From Acidimicrobiales bacterium (GTDB lineage Bacteria; Actinomycetota; Acidimicrobiia; Acidimicrobiales; Bog-793), in the NCBI GenBank assembly GCA_049514105.1, contig JBEKVJ010000010.1, positions 3,405-67,404 on the forward strand: 64,000 bases of DNA, in the 5' to 3' direction. The position numbers were made by a program, and so were the translations under genes. The notes beneath the pieces were generated by a model. That model made no database searches. It was given only the letters and a program-made list of their open reading frames with translations, and was not told the DNA's origin. Positions 36,805 to 46,597 of the stretch are shown piece after piece (position 1 is the first letter of the stretch; every line of letters starts with the position of its first letter).

Positions 36805-39000
36805 TCACCTGACCACGGGCTCTCGGGCCGACGGGGACGTCCCGCGGCCAGAACCGGCCTCGGACAGGGCAACGTGGCAGGCAGCGAATTGCAAGGGAGC
36901 AACCTCACCGAGGAGCGGTGTGATGTTCCGACAATCCTCTATGGCATAGGGACAGCGCGGCTCGAAGCGGCACCCGGGCGACGGGTTCACGACCTTTGGA
37001 GCCTCGCCTGCATCTGAGGTATCGGAGTCCTCCAGCGTCGCCTGGGGATCGGGCACGGCCGAGAGAAGGAGCTTGGTATAGGGATGGCGCGGCGCGCCAA
37101 GCAATTGCTCGGTCGGCCCTAGCTCGACGACATGGCCGGCATACATGACAATGACCCGGTCAGCGACGTAGCGGGCCGACGCGAGGTCGTGGGTGATGTA
37201 GAGGATGGACACGCCTTCGCGAGCACGTAGGTCGGCCATCATGTTGAGGACACCCACCCGGATGGATACGTCGAGCATTGAGACAGGCTCGTCGGCAAGT
37301 ATCAGCTTCGGCCGCAATGCCAGAGCCTGAGCGAACCCGATCCGTTGTCTTTGTCCACCGCTCAACTCGTAGGGGTACTTGGAAAGCATGGTGGCCGCAG
37401 GGGTGAGACCGACGGCTTCCATTACCCGGACGGCCTCATCACGGCGCGCCGAGTGCGCGAGATCTGGCCGATGCAGAGTTATCGCCCGCAGGATTCCGTG
37501 CGAAACGCGAAAAGCCGGGTTAATCGAGCTGTACGGGTCTTGAAAGACCATCGGGACGTGGCCCCGGTACGCGAGCCTCTCGCTTCGCCCGCGGAGCGCG
37601 CTGATGGGTTTGCCCTCGAAGCGAATCTCTCCCGAAGTCGGCTTGTAAGTCAAGGCGAGCAACCTCGCGATGGTGCTCTTGCCACTTCCGCTCTCGCCGA
37701 CTAGCGCGACGATCTCCTGCGGCGCGATCGCGAAGTTCACGTCGTCGACAGCGTGCAGCGTTCTTTTCTTCCAGAACCCGCCCAGAGAGAAGTGACGAGT
37801 CAGGCCGACCACTTCGAGCAGCGGACCACCTGGAGGCCACAATTCAGTCCCCTGTGACGCCGGTCGGTCGGACGTGTCCGCGCGCGCTGTGTCTGGGTCG
37901 CGGGCGGGATCAGGCGCGCGTCGCGCAGAACGGCCCGCCAGACTTATCTCCCTCGAGCCCGCGTCCTTGTACAACAGGCACCGGACGACAGAACCACCCC
38001 GCTCGTAAAGCGGCGGCTTCACCGAGGCGCACGCGGGCATGGCGTCGGCGCAGCGCGGTTGGAACCTGCAGCCCGGAGGCGGCGATGCCACATCAGGCGG
38101 TGACCCGGCGATACCGGTGAGTGCGATCTTCTCGCCCCGGACGGAGGGGAACGCCTCGAGGAGAGCGCGCGCGTAAGGGTGGCGAGGCATGCCAAACACC
38201 GCGGAGGTCGGGCCGAGCTCGGCAACTTGTCCCGCGTACATCACCATGAGCCGGTCCGAAAAGTGCCTAACAAGTGAGATGTCGTGGGTCACGAAGATCA
38301 CCGCGAACCCGAGACGATCCTGCAAGTCCTTGATCTGGCGCATCAGTGAGCGCTGAGCCACCACGTCGAGAGCAGAGGTCGGCTCGTCCATGATCACGAG
38401 TTGCGGCGTGAACAGCAGGGCCATGGCGATCATGGATCGCTGACGCATCCCACCAGATAGCTGGTGCGGATAGCTGCCCAGGTGGACCGGATCGATCGAG
38501 ACGAGCCTCAGGACCTCCGCCGAGCGTGCTGCGATTTCCTGCTTCGACATCGCAGAGTGCGCCCGGCACGCGTCGCGCATTTGCTCGGCCAGTGTCATGA
38601 CTGGATTGAGGGCGTTCATGGCACTTTGCATGACTACCGAGAACTCTCGCCACCGCACGTGACGCAGTTGCTTACCGCTCATCTCGGCCATCTCGCGACC
38701 GCGAAAGACAACGCTCCCACCCGTGATTCCTGCATTCGGGTTGAGCAGTTGCGCGATAGCGAAAAGAAGGGTGGATTTCCCACAGCCGGACTCGCCCACC
38801 ACTGCGAGGAACTCGCCGCTGTCGAGATCGAGATCCACGGAGTCGACAGCGACGACAGGCCCGGCGTCGCCCGCGTACGCAACAGAGAGTTGGCGAACCT
38901 CGAGCAGCCGCTCCACGGCGCCGGGGCGACTCGCGACGGGCCTGCCGGCCGCCGCAGGGCCGGCCGCTTGTGCAAGAGGATCCCTCTCGAGCTTGGCCAC
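36805..39000 (-). CDS. ABC transporter ATP-binding protein, fused double ATPase (DppD-DppF fusion)
   Basis: 731 aa with two complete cassettes (GESGCGKST ... LSGGMRQR; GESGSGKST ... LSGGQRQR). Confidence 0.85.
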   Translation of the reverse strand: MAKLERDPLAQAAGPAAAGRPVASRPGAVERLLEVRQLSVAYAGDAGPVVAVDSVDLDLDSGEFLAVVGESGCGKSTLLFAIAQLLNPNAGITGGSVVFRGREMAEMSGKQLRHVRWREFSVVMQSAMNALNPVMTLAEQMRDACRAHSAMSKQEIAARSAEVLRLVSIDPVHLGSYPHQLSGGMRQRSMIAMALLFTPQLVIMDEPTSALDVVAQRSLMRQIKDLQDRLGFAVIFVTHDISLVRHFSDRLMVMYAGQVAELGPTSAVFGMPRHPYARALLEAFPSVRGEKIALTGIAGSPPDVASPPPGCRFQPRCADAMPACASVKPPLYERGGSVVRCLLYKDAGSREISLAGRSARRAPDPARDPDTARADTSDRPASQGTELWPPGGPLLEVVGLTRHFSLGGFWKKRTLHAVDDVNFAIAPQEIVALVGESGSGKSTIARLLALTYKPTSGEIRFEGKPISALRGRSERLAYRGHVPMVFQDPYSSINPAFRVSHGILRAITLHRPDLAHSARRDEAVRVMEAVGLTPAATMLSKYPYELSGGQRQRIGFAQALALRPKLILADEPVSMLDVSIRVGVLNMMADLRAREGVSILYITHDLASARYVADRVIVMYAGHVVELGPTEQLLGAPRHPYTKLLLSAVPDPQATLEDSDTSDAGEAPKVVNPSPGCRFEPRCPYAIEDCRNITPLLGEVAPLQFAACHVALSEAGSGRGTSPSAREPVVR

Positions 39001-39031
39001 TAGCGGCCGCCGTGTGTGTTTCGTGGCGATG

Positions 39032-40057
39032 TCAAGTGGCCGCGCTCTCAGTTATGGCTTCGAAGACGCGCTCGGCCGAATGCACAAAGGGTGTGCGAGT
39101 CAAGCGACGCACCGGACGCAGCGCCGGGTTCGAAATCTCGTCGAAGGCATAGTTCAAGAACGCGAACGCCGCTCCGAGCAAAGCAATACAGACGCCCGGC
39201 ATGATCGCCCAAAGTGGCATCCCTGCACCGAGTGCCTCGTTGTTCTGCGCCCAGTAGAGCATCGTGCCCCAGCTCATCGCGTTTGGGTCGCCGAGCCCGA
39301 CAAACTGGAGGCCAGCAGCAGTCAGCACTGCAAACACCGCCGAGCCAAGGAACGTCGCAACTATGAGCGAAGTCAGGGTCGGCAGAATCTCGACCACGAT
39401 GATGTAGAGACTACGCTCACCGCGAACTCGCGCCGCTTCAAGAAAGTCCCGGTGTCGCAAAGAGAGAACCTGCACGCGCAGCTGGCGGGCGCCGTAAGAC
39501 CACCCAAGAGCACCGAGCACGATGATGATGTCCCCCAAACCCGCGCTGCGCAGGTAGGCGGCAATGACAATGATCAGCGGGAATATGGGGACGACGAGCA
39601 AAACATCGGTGACGAGGGAAAGCCCTCCGTCCGCGATGCCTCCGAGATAGGCCGCCGACACTCCGACTACTACAGCAACGAGAGTCGCCAAACCTCCCGC
39701 CGCGAAAGCGATGATGAGCGACTGTCGTGTACCCCAGATGAGCTGCGAGTAGATGTCCTGGCCCTGCGAGGTCGTACCGAGCCAGTGTGCTCCAGAGGGC
39801 GGCAGTGCCTGCACGAAGTTGATAGACATCGGGTTATATGGCGCGATCTGGCCCGGGAACACAGCGAGCACGACGAAAAACAGCAGCAGCAGCGCCCCGG
39901 CGGTCGCTTTGCGGTTGCGCCGGAGCATCCGCCAGAGCTTTGCTCGCGCGCCTCGTTTCGACATCTGCACGGCCCCGTTCATCCGATCGCCGCCCCGCAA
40001 GGCTGTGCCAGGTCCGCCACCTGTGGAATCTCTGTCCTTGGATTCCCGGGTCTTCAT
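39032..40057 (-). CDS. ABC transporter permease (DppC type)
   Basis: Start moved to ATG 40057 (MKTRESK..), 10 nt after the upstream stop. Multi-TM body with the EAA loop (ARVRGERSLYIIVVEILP). Confidence 0.8.
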   Translation of the reverse strand: MKTRESKDRDSTGGGPGTALRGGDRMNGAVQMSKRGARAKLWRMLRRNRKATAGALLLLFFVVLAVFPGQIAPYNPMSINFVQALPPSGAHWLGTTSQGQDIYSQLIWGTRQSLIIAFAAGGLATLVAVVVGVSAAYLGGIADGGLSLVTDVLLVVPIFPLIIVIAAYLRSAGLGDIIIVLGALGWSYGARQLRVQVLSLRHRDFLEAARVRGERSLYIIVVEILPTLTSLIVATFLGSAVFAVLTAAGLQFVGLGDPNAMSWGTMLYWAQNNEALGAGMPLWAIMPGVCIALLGAAFAFLNYAFDEISNPALRPVRRLTRTPFVHSAERVFEAITESAAT

Positions 40058-40067
40058 CGCTCGCGAC

Positions 40068-41054
40068 CTACCCAAGCTCTCTCGTTCGGGGGTCGAGAAG
40101 TGCAGTGACGATGTCCGCCGCAAGCACGCTGAACAGCACCGCGACGGTGATGAGGAGGAAAAGGGCCTGCATAAGCGGATAATCGAGACCCCGCACTGCG
40201 GCGAGCAGCATGCTCCCGACACCCGGGTAGTTGAACACGTACTCAACGAGGATGGCGCCGGAGACGACGAAGCCGAGCGACATCGCGAATCCGGTCAGAT
40301 TGGGAAGGATGGCATTTTTGCCTGCGTAGGTCCACATGACCCGCCACGGCTTAAGACCCTTCGCGCGAGCCATCCGAACGTAGTCCTCGGCCAGAACGGT
40401 GATCACGTTGTTCCTCATCGTGAGGATCCAGCCCCCGATCGAGGTGATGAGAATCGTCATGGCCGGCAAGAAGGCATGCTGCAACACGTCGGTAACGTAA
40501 CCCCAGTCGAGCCCAGGAGAATCGCTGAGAAAGTTGTAGGCGCCTCCGTTCGGGAAGAGTCCGAGCCTTATGGAGAACACATATACGCCGAGCAGTGCGA
40601 CCCAGAAGTATGGGAAAGCAGACGTGATCACGAAAATTGGTGGCAAGGCACTGTCAAGCCAGCTGCCCCGCCTCCAAGCGCTGACGAGGCCGATGAAGGT
40701 GCCCAAAATGAAGGCGATGACAGTCGTCACGCCGACGAGCCCAAGTGTCCACGGCAGAGCCTGGAACACCATGGTGTTCACCGGAGTACCGAAGCTCGTG
40801 GTGATCGAGATACCGAAGTTGAATGTCACCACGTGCTTCCAGTACTCGATGTACTGGGCGCCGAAGCTCTGGTTACCCCCACCTCCGAGCAGGACGGTCA
40901 ACGCGCGTATCGCCTGCGGTCCGAGGTGGGGGTGTTGTGCCACCAGAGCCTGCACCGGATTACCGGGCATGAGCCGGGGAATCAGGAAGTTGAAGCTGAC
41001 AGCCGCCCAGACCGTCACAACGAAGAACCCCAACCTTCGTAGGACGAATCTCAC
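40068..41054 (-). CDS. ABC transporter permease (DppB type)
   Basis: 328 aa. MRFVLRRLGFFVVTVW.. N-terminus and the EAA loop (ARAKGLKPWRVMWTYAGKNA). Confidence 0.85.
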   Translation of the reverse strand: MRFVLRRLGFFVVTVWAAVSFNFLIPRLMPGNPVQALVAQHPHLGPQAIRALTVLLGGGGNQSFGAQYIEYWKHVVTFNFGISITTSFGTPVNTMVFQALPWTLGLVGVTTVIAFILGTFIGLVSAWRRGSWLDSALPPIFVITSAFPYFWVALLGVYVFSIRLGLFPNGGAYNFLSDSPGLDWGYVTDVLQHAFLPAMTILITSIGGWILTMRNNVITVLAEDYVRMARAKGLKPWRVMWTYAGKNAILPNLTGFAMSLGFVVSGAILVEYVFNYPGVGSMLLAAVRGLDYPLMQALFLLITVAVLFSVLAADIVTALLDPRTRELG

Positions 41055-41090
41055 CCGGGCGCCTTCCTGTAATTCCCTGGCATAGGCCTC

Positions 41091-42818
41091 CTACTTATGG
41101 TAGAGGTGCAACAGCACGACGCCCCAGTCGGGCCAGGCGTACTGAGCCGGCTGCGCATAGGGGTCACTCTGCGTCACCCAACCTCCAATGTTCTGGGTGT
41201 CGTACTGGTACCAGTCGACCGCCTCTGTGACGGGGATCACCGGCACCTGCGAGAGCATTACCTCCTCGAGCTGATCGACGATCCTGTGCTGGACCGCCGT
41301 GCTTGTGGTGGCTGCGTACTCGTCGATGAGCGCATCGGTCGACTTGTTGATGTAGCGCTCCCAGTTGCTCGCCGCCGACGTGCCGATCGGTGCGGAGTTC
41401 GGGGAGTAGAGCAGTTGACGCAGCTCGTAGTACGGCCCGGGCCCGCTGCTGTCCCACTGGTAGGCGAGCTGGTAGTGGCCCTCGTAGAGGTCAGAAAGGA
41501 ACGTGGTGTTCGACAGATTGTCCGGGGTGAGCTGGATGCCGACAGCCTTGAACTCGCTCTGGATCACGTTCACCGATGCGACCCAGTCTGAGAAACCACC
41601 ATTGTTGATGATCGTGAATGCGAGCTGCTGGCCGTTCTTCTCGAAGATCCCGTTGCTGCCCTTCTTGAATCCTGCAGCCTTCAAGATGGACACGGCTTTG
41701 GCGGGGTCGTAGCTGTACGCGTTCCCGTACTTGGCTGCCAGGCTGGAGTCGTACCAGCTTGCGAAGGTTGGCTTCACGATGTCCGTCTGGTTCGACGGGG
41801 GCTCATAGCCGTACTCGCCGATCTTTGAAACTTGGGGACGATCGACCGCGTAGGCCATCGCTTCGCGCACGGCCACATTTGAGAGAATCGAGTTGGTCTG
41901 GTTTATGTAGATGTTGACGTTATAAACGGGCTCGAACCAGTAGTGGTAGTTCTTCGGATTCGCCGAGATGTAGAACTTCTGAATGTTCGGGATGAACTGC
42001 GAGCCCCACTGGTCCACACCGCTACGCAAGTCTTCGTTGGCAGGCGTGTTCGAAAGGTAGGACGGGAAGTTGACAGTCTCGATCTTCGGAAGCCCTGGCT
42101 GCCAGTAGTTGCTGTTCTTCGTGTACTGGATGTTGGCGCCGTCACAGCTGCTCATGACGTAAGGCCCGGTACCGATCGGATGAGGATCGAGGTAGGTGAT
42201 CGGGTTCGAGACCGTGGACCAGATATGGGCTGGGACGATCGGCGTTTGGTCGGCGATGTAGTAGAAGTAAGGCACTGCCGGGGTCTTGAAATCGAAGACG
42301 ACCTGGTCGGATCCCTTGAGGGCGACACTTTTCAGCACTGACCAGTCGGAGTTCAAGTCGAGTGCCGGGTTCTTCTTCAACAGGTTGAAGGTGTAGAGCA
42401 CATCCTTCGCACTGAAAGCTTGGCCGTCGGACCATTTGACGCCCCTTCGGATCGTGAAGGTGAGCGTCTCGTCCTTGTTGCTCCAGGCCCATGCGGTTGC
42501 CAGCCACGGGGTCGCTTTCCCGTTCTCCAGGGCGTCTTGGTACACGAGTTCCTCGTAGACCGGCCCGAAGGAGTCGAACTCGTCCGAGGCGTTGTAGGGA
42601 TTGAACTCGCAGGTCCACGTGACGCCGTACTCGTCTGAGATGTTGAGGGTGTTCGACGAGCCGCTCGCGGACTTAGCCGTGACCCTGCTGTTCAGGGACC
42701 TGGCGGTCACTTTGGTACTTTGAGGCTTGGCGGCGCTGCCATAGGCCGCCGTCGTGATGCCGATCGCGATCACCGCGCCCATAACAATGAGTCCCCATCC
42801 CCATTTCACCTTGCTCAT
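41091..42818 (-). CDS. ABC transporter substrate-binding protein, family 5
   Basis: Start moved to ATG 42818 (AGGGAGG RBS; MSKVKWGWGLIVMGAVIAIG signal/anchor). SBP_bac_5 body. Confidence 0.85.
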   Translation of the reverse strand: MSKVKWGWGLIVMGAVIAIGITTAAYGSAAKPQSTKVTARSLNSRVTAKSASGSSNTLNISDEYGVTWTCEFNPYNASDEFDSFGPVYEELVYQDALENGKATPWLATAWAWSNKDETLTFTIRRGVKWSDGQAFSAKDVLYTFNLLKKNPALDLNSDWSVLKSVALKGSDQVVFDFKTPAVPYFYYIADQTPIVPAHIWSTVSNPITYLDPHPIGTGPYVMSSCDGANIQYTKNSNYWQPGLPKIETVNFPSYLSNTPANEDLRSGVDQWGSQFIPNIQKFYISANPKNYHYWFEPVYNVNIYINQTNSILSNVAVREAMAYAVDRPQVSKIGEYGYEPPSNQTDIVKPTFASWYDSSLAAKYGNAYSYDPAKAVSILKAAGFKKGSNGIFEKNGQQLAFTIINNGGFSDWVASVNVIQSEFKAVGIQLTPDNLSNTTFLSDLYEGHYQLAYQWDSSGPGPYYELRQLLYSPNSAPIGTSAASNWERYINKSTDALIDEYAATTSTAVQHRIVDQLEEVMLSQVPVIPVTEAVDWYQYDTQNIGGWVTQSDPYAQPAQYAWPDWGVVLLHLYHK

Positions 42819-43005
42819 TGATGCCTCCCTGCTTTGTCGGATCATCTGATGGTGTTGCTTGTCAATGTGCGGACTCGTCCTCGAGCCCATTTGGACCCCG
42901 AAATAGCGGCGCGACTTTCCCGATCGAGGTCCGGGGGGAACAAAGCGCGGGCTCTAGCGCTGTACCGGGCCAGGTTGCCTGCAAGCTCGGCGTGGTCGGA
43001 GGCGA

Positions 43006-44211
43006 TCACAAGCACCATCCCAACGGGATGGTAGTTGCGTGTGATGAGGGATAACAGGGCTTCCTCTCGACCTTCTCGCTTCTGTCGAAGACGGGAGCGC
43101 CAGACAAATCCATGCTCCGCGTTCCGTGTCGGCGCGGCTCCTCCGCCGAGGTCTGTACCTGCGATGCCTGGTTGAGCCCGGTGTGACGGTCATGACCCAA
43201 CCCGTCTCGCGGGATGCTCGCTAGTTGAGCGCTCTGTGCCAAACCGCCGTCACGAGCTCCAACGATCCGCTCGGCCGCGGCGGCAAGCGCCAGGTTGAGA
43301 GCTCCCACGAGCGGCGCGTCGAATGGATAGGCGCCTACGACCAGCTCAGGCGGAAAAGGCACTGCCTTCTCGAGGGCGCGCTGAAGCGACGGTCTGAGTC
43401 GTTCCCACGACCGCACGATTCCCCCTCCAACGGCGATTCGCGACGGATCGAGCGCGACCGCAAGGTTCGCCAGGTGGAAACCCAGCTCTTGCACGAACTG
43501 CTCCATGACCTCGCCCAACCTTGGATCGGCCAACTCGCCGGCGAATACTTCCGCCGCGCTCATCGCACGACCCGTCGTTCGCTCGCCTGCAGCCGCCAGT
43601 CCCATCCCGCTCACGACCTCCTCGAGCACCACGCGCTCGCTCAATCCGAGGTCACTGAGCTGACGGAGGTTGTAGCCGATCTCGCCGGCGGCGCCGTTGG
43701 CCCCTGAGACGACCTGTCCGCCGCAGACGATCGCTACGGCGAGCCCCGTACCGAGGTTGAGGTAGATCGCCGGATCGTGACCTACCAGAGCACCAGAGAA
43801 GGCCTCGGCTGCTGCCGCTGCCTTCACGTCGGTGCCGAGACGAACAGCGCTGCCTTCGAACATCGCGGCGAGCTCATGACCGAGTGCGAGCTCGCCCCAT
43901 CCCAAGATGGCCGGGGCGAGGCCGACTCCCTGGGCCACGGGGATGCCGAATGTGCAGGCGCCGACCGCGACCAGCTGTCGCTCAGGGGCGACCTCTTCAA
44001 GCAAGGCGCACGCGGTCCTAAGGCCGTGATCGAGGTTCCACCGCGCTCCGAGCGCGGGATGCGTCTCGACTGTCCTGTCCGCGATGCGCTCGCCGGACAG
44101 ATCCGCCACAGCCGCAGCGATCTTCGAGCCACCGAAGTCGAGGCCTAATACGACAGGCGCCCTCACGTCCTTCGTTGCCCCTTTGTCTCGCCCCCCCGGA
44201 CACGCAACCAA
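43006..44211 (-). CDS. ROK family sugar kinase (first gene of the hexosaminide uptake operon); the C-terminal ~84 aa are doubtful
   Basis: LGLDFGGSKIAAAV ATP-binding N-terminus and ROK core up to ..PLVGALNLALAAAAE (about 43261). The tail down to 43006 is low-complexity with poor third-position GC. Confidence 0.65.
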   Translation of the reverse strand: MVACPGGRDKGATKDVRAPVVLGLDFGGSKIAAAVADLSGERIADRTVETHPALGARWNLDHGLRTACALLEEVAPERQLVAVGACTFGIPVAQGVGLAPAILGWGELALGHELAAMFEGSAVRLGTDVKAAAAAEAFSGALVGHDPAIYLNLGTGLAVAIVCGGQVVSGANGAAGEIGYNLRQLSDLGLSERVVLEEVVSGMGLAAAGERTTGRAMSAAEVFAGELADPRLGEVMEQFVQELGFHLANLAVALDPSRIAVGGGIVRSWERLRPSLQRALEKAVPFPPELVVGAYPFDAPLVGALNLALAAAAERIVGARDGGLAQSAQLASIPRDGLGHDRHTGLNQASQVQTSAEEPRRHGTRSMDLSGAPVFDRSEKVERKPCYPSSHATTIPLGWCL

Positions 44212-44212
44212 C

Positions 44213-44233
44213 TAATAGTAAAGTATCCTATTA
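44213..44233. promoter_or_regulatory. candidate ROK-repressor operator
   Basis: TAATAG-N9-CTATTA palindrome in the only AT-rich patch of the 98-bp divergent spacer between the ROK kinase operon and the ROK regulator gene. Confidence 0.3.
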
Positions 44234-44309
44234 TTTCTCGTCTGGCAAGTAGTCTGTCAACATCGATGCCCATGGTGCCAAGACCGCGTCGTCGGATCGG
44301 GGAGAGCTA

Positions 44310-45488
44310 ATGGCGCGTGCCATAAGTCAGCGTGCTGCTCGGCCCCAGCTCATGAGAGCGATGAACGAGCAGCTCTTGCTCGAACAGGTGCGCCAGGACG
44401 GTCCCTTTTCGCGAGCCGAACTGGCTCGGATATCCGGGCTCTCCAAACCCACTGTGGGACTTGCGCTTGCCAACCTCGAGCACGACGGGCTCGTGCGCGT
44501 CGCTGGTCAGCGCAGTGGAGTGCGCGGCCCTGCTGCGGTCCTATACGACATCCGCCCCGATGCCGGCTACGTGCTTGGGCTTGATATCGGTCGGGAGTTT
44601 GTTCGCGGAGCTTTAGCCGATCTCTCCGGCGCGGTCCGGGCAAAAGCTAATCAGAAGGCGCGCGCCACGACGGCCCAAGGTCGCTTGGCAGAGCTGGCTG
44701 CCCTCGGCGACGCCCTGACGGCCTCCGCTGGCCTCACCCGTGCCAAGGTGACCCAGACCGTGATCGGGAGCCCCGGCGTGTATGACGCCGAACGTGGTGC
44801 TCTCAGGATGGCTCGCAACCTTCCTGGGTGGGAGCAACCGATAGTGCTAACCGAGTTTCGGCGGCTGTTCGGGCGCGCCACTGTCGTCGAGAACGACGTC
44901 GACGCGGCCGCTCTCGCCGAGAGGGACCATGGCCATGGCAGCGGAGTCGGAACCTTCGCCTTCGTGTCGGTCGGGACAGGCGTAGGCATGGGCCTTGTCA
45001 TCGACGGCAAGCTTCATCGAGGAGCCCACGGCGCCGCCGGTGAGATCGCCTACTTGCCGCTCTCGAACGGCGAGGTCGATATGGCCGAGTCGAGGCGCCG
45101 CGGAACTCTGGAAGCGGCTGCTTCAGCTTCCGCCGTCGTCCGAGCGGCAAAACGCGCGGGCGTCCGTGGCAACCTGTCCGCCCGGCGCATTTTCGTCGAG
45201 GCCGCCCAAGGCGACCTCGTCGCTCAGGCGATCGTACGGGCGGAAGCGACACTGATCGCAAAAGCACTTACCTCGATCATCGCGGTGATAGATCCAGAGC
45301 TAATTGTCCTCGGAGGCGGTGTCGGCCGGGCTCCGGGCTTTGCCGCTGAAGTGGGCACCGCCCTAGGAATGCTCGCTCCGGTCGTGCCTGAGATCCGTGT
45401 GAGCGCATTGGGCGACGACGCTGTCGTCGTTGGGTGTCTCGCGGCCGGTCTGGAGCGTGCTTGGCAACGGGTGCTGGAACGCTACTAA
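44310..45488 (+). CDS. ROK family transcriptional repressor (NagC/Mlc-like)
   Basis: 392 aa. N-terminal wHTH (FSRAELARISGLSKPTVGLALANLEHDGLV) plus a ROK domain. Divergent from the transporter operon. Confidence 0.8.
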   Translation: MARAISQRAARPQLMRAMNEQLLLEQVRQDGPFSRAELARISGLSKPTVGLALANLEHDGLVRVAGQRSGVRGPAAVLYDIRPDAGYVLGLDIGREFVRGALADLSGAVRAKANQKARATTAQGRLAELAALGDALTASAGLTRAKVTQTVIGSPGVYDAERGALRMARNLPGWEQPIVLTEFRRLFGRATVVENDVDAAALAERDHGHGSGVGTFAFVSVGTGVGMGLVIDGKLHRGAHGAAGEIAYLPLSNGEVDMAESRRRGTLEAAASASAVVRAAKRAGVRGNLSARRIFVEAAQGDLVAQAIVRAEATLIAKALTSIIAVIDPELIVLGGGVGRAPGFAAEVGTALGMLAPVVPEIRVSALGDDAVVVGCLAAGLERAWQRVLERY

Positions 45489-45610
45489 ACCGTGCTTCAA
45501 CCGCACAAACAAGCCGCCTGAGCTCCGATTGAACACCATCGAGCAGCTCAAAGTCATCGGGCGGACGGCTACGATGCCCGCGCGACCTCCCGACGGAAGG
45601 AGTCCTAGTC

Positions 45611-46432
45611 ATGGGCGGTGAGACAGAACGTCGCCTTCTTTGTGTCGGGGCGCACCCTGATGACTGCGAGATTCAGGCCTCGGGTCTCGCCGCACTATGG
45701 ACGAGCGCCGGAGGATGCGCCCGATTCGTGTCCATGACCGATGGCAGCGCGGGACACTATGCGCTCGCAGGCACGAAACTCGCCGAACTACGAGAAACCG
45801 AGGCGCGAGTCGGCGCCGAGGCAGTGGGCGCGGATTCCGTGGTTCTCGACAACCGGGATGGCGAGCTGCTTCCAAGTTTGGAGAATCGTCACAAGGTCAT
45901 CAGAACAATTCGCGAGTTTCGGCCCGACCTCATCGTCTGCCACCGAATAAACGACTACCACCCGGACCACCGCTACACGGGCCAGATCGTGCAGGACGCC
46001 TGTTATCTCGTGATGGTACCGAACCTTGTGCCGGACGCCCCTGTTCCTGAGCACGAGCCGGTCGTGATGTTTATGTCCGACCAGTTCACCAAGCCAAATC
46101 CGTTCCATGCTGATCTGGTGTTCGACCTCGACTCGGTCATCGAGAAGAAGCTCGACTCCATCGCCAGTCATGGTTCGCAAATGCTGGAGTGGCTGCCCTG
46201 GATAGGGCGCTACCTTGACGAACTTCCCGCCGATGAAAACGAGCGAAGGGAGTACGCGCGCAACCGCGCGGCCTTGGCATGTGCCGCCGAGGCCGACCGC
46301 TTTCGAGCCGAGTTGGTCGCCAGGTACGGCGAGGAGCGCGGCCGACGCATTCGCTACGCCGAAACGTTCGAGATATCGGAATACGGGGCGCCGCTCACCG
46401 AAAACCTGTCTCGCTTGCTCTTTCCGTTCTGA
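45611..46432 (+). CDS. PIG-L/LmbE family N-acetylglucosaminyl deacetylase
   Basis: 273 aa. Zinc motif GAHPDDCEI and the HPDH motif. GGAAGGAG RBS. Confidence 0.8.
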   Translation: MGGETERRLLCVGAHPDDCEIQASGLAALWTSAGGCARFVSMTDGSAGHYALAGTKLAELRETEARVGAEAVGADSVVLDNRDGELLPSLENRHKVIRTIREFRPDLIVCHRINDYHPDHRYTGQIVQDACYLVMVPNLVPDAPVPEHEPVVMFMSDQFTKPNPFHADLVFDLDSVIEKKLDSIASHGSQMLEWLPWIGRYLDELPADENERREYARNRAALACAAEADRFRAELVARYGEERGRRIRYAETFEISEYGAPLTENLSRLLFPF

Positions 46433-46597
46433 CGCAGGTGAGCGCGTCCGCGGCGGCTTTGCCGCGAACTTGCTCGGTGCTCGAAACGTGCCCACAACTC
46501 AAAAAGGGACCTCAACAAGGTCACGATTGCTTGAGTTGTCTGCGCGAATCGAAAACGAGCGGGCCTGACCATGAAGCGTCTCACCGGACACGATCCG

